Source of the DNA: the human T2T-CHM13v2.0 reference genome, Homo sapiens
NCBI RefSeq assembly: GCF_009914755.1
Contig: NC_060931.1
Strand: one strand, 5' to 3'
Length of the DNA: 64,000 nt
Shown: positions 63,101 through 64,000 of the stretch, piece by piece
Position numbering within the stretch: position 1 is the stretch's first letter
Layout of the letters: each line of letters begins with the position of its first letter
Made by a program: the position numbers and the translations under genes
Notes under the pieces: generated by a model
Databases searched by the model: none
What the model saw: the letters and a program-made list of their open reading frames with translations, nothing else
Told to the model about the DNA's origin: nothing

Positions 63101-64000
63101 AATTCTTTGTGATGTGTGCGTTCAACTCACATAGTTTAACCTTTCTTTTCATAGAGCAGTTTGGAAACACTCTGTTTGTAAAGTCTGCAAGTGGATATAT
63201 GGACCGCATTGAGGCCTTCGTTGGAAACGGGATTTCTTCATTTCATACTAGACAGAAGAATTCTCAGTATCTTCTTTGTGCTGTGTGTATTCAACTCACA
63301 GAGTGGAACGTCCCTTTGCACAGAGCAGATTTGAAACACTCTTTTTGTGGAGTTTGCAAGTGGAGATTTCAAGCGATTTGATGCCAACAGTAGAAAAGGA
63401 AATATCTTCAAATAAAAACTAGACAGAATCATTCTCAGAAACTACTTTGTGATGTGTGCCTTTAACTCACAGAGTTTAACCTTTCTTTTCTTAGAGCAGT
63501 TTAGAAACACTCTGCTTGTTATGTCTGCAAGTGGATATTTGGGCCTCTTTGAGGCCTTCGTTGCAAACGGGTTTTCTTCCTTTAATGCTAGACTAAGAAG
63601 AGTTCTCAGTAACTTTTTTGTGTTGTGTGTATTCAACTCACAGAGTTGAACCTTGCTTTAGAGAGAGCAGATTTGAAACACTCTTGCTGTGGCATTTTCA
63701 GGTGGAGATTTCAAGCGATTTGAGGACAATTGCAGAAAAGGAAATATCTTCGTATAATAACCAGACAGAATCATTCTCAGAAAGTGCTTTGTGATGTGTG
63801 CGTTCAACTCACAGAGTTTAACCTTTCTTTTCATAGAGGAGTTTGGAAACACACTGTTTGTAAAGTCTGCAATTGGATATATGGACCTGTTTGAGGCCTC
63901 CGTTGGAAACGGGATTTCTTCATTGAATGCTAGACGGAAGAATTCTCAGTAAATTCTTTGTGTTGTGTGCATTCAACTCACAGAGTGGAACGTCCCTTTA
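57200..64000 (+). repeat. Duplicated HOR block with period 4087 bp (second copy runs off the window end)
   Basis: Shared 1-bp-deletion variant CACTTTTTGGCG ~57891/61978, GGATTCTC 58832/62919, GTTGAGTG ~58857/62944, CATACTAG ~59160/63247, CAGTATC ~59183/63270, CGGGTTTTC ~59485/63572. Confidence 0.85.

Larger units (their letters stand above)
1..64000 (+). repeat. Centromeric alpha-satellite HOR array, SF1-type dimeric, 6-mer 1022-bp HOR, about 63 copies, head-to-tail; runs off both window ends
   Basis: Alternating ~169/171-bp monomers (ATTCTC anchor at 75, 244, 415) with typical alphoid motifs (CATTCTCAGAAAC, TTCAACTCACAGAG, TTTGAAACACTCTTTT). The ORF track recurs every 1022 bp (773, 1795, 2817 ... 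63449). Copies differ by only a few SNVs each. Confidence 0.99.
1..64000 (+). repeat. D7Z1: Probable human chromosome 7 active centromeric array D7Z1 (S1C7H1L)
   Basis: SF1 6-mer of ~1.02 kb. EcoRI sites (GAATTC) occur in dimers A and B (242, 582) but not in C (GAGTTC), giving 340 + 682 bp fragments, as I recall for the D7Z1 dimer and tetramer clones. Not verified by alignment; other SF1 arrays are not formally excluded. Confidence 0.75.

Noticed and set aside
773-63852. Roughly 200 short ORFs (62-114 aa; MMCAFNSQ..., MFPNSSMK..., MILSSFYL..., MNTHNTKK...) repeating every 1022 bp
   Set aside because: They are chance frames of alpha satellite on both strands, mostly with GTG/alternative starts. 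They are freely gained and lost through SNVs and indels and resemble no protein family I recognise.
1-64000. CRISPR-like or other repeat-spacer array
   Set aside because: There are no unique spacers: the sequence between conserved motifs is itself repeated at high identity, and no cas or other genes are present.
1-64000. L1/Alu insertion, inversion or non-alphoid island
   Set aside because: HOR phase is continuous across the window. All spacing deviations are explained by -1, -2 or -340 bp events, and all CENP-B boxes are on the same strand.
1-64000. Assignment to the chr1/5/19 shared SF1 array or to a CENP-A/kinetochore site
   Set aside because: Three well-differentiated dimers and the 340/682 EcoRI pattern fit D7Z1 better. 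Kinetochore position is epigenetic and cannot be read from sequence.

Overview
The whole 64 kb window is one uninterrupted, single-orientation array of primate (very likely human) centromeric alpha-satellite DNA. It is organised as a 1022-bp six-monomer higher-order repeat (HOR) made of three dimers that I call A, B and C (340, 340 and 342 bp). A CENP-B box sits in every second monomer, the dimeric suprachromosomal family 1 (SF1) pattern. About 63 HOR copies are present. The 6-mer length and the EcoRI pattern (340 + 682 bp) best fit the active chromosome 7 array D7Z1; this is recalled knowledge, not a search result. I see no genes, RNA genes, transposons, CRISPR arrays or inversions, and all listed ORFs are chance frames repeated with the satellite. 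I did not find a new gene-based system. The real information is in how variants are shared between copies: two 4-mer HOR variants whose junction joins two different haplotypes; nested multi-HOR duplications (4088, 4770, 4087, 10218 and 11584 bp); a haplotype domain switch at about 47-51 kb; a CENP-B box variant in about 45% of A dimers while the B-dimer core is never hit; and several clustered complex mutations. Counts and coordinates were read by eye and should be confirmed by alignment.
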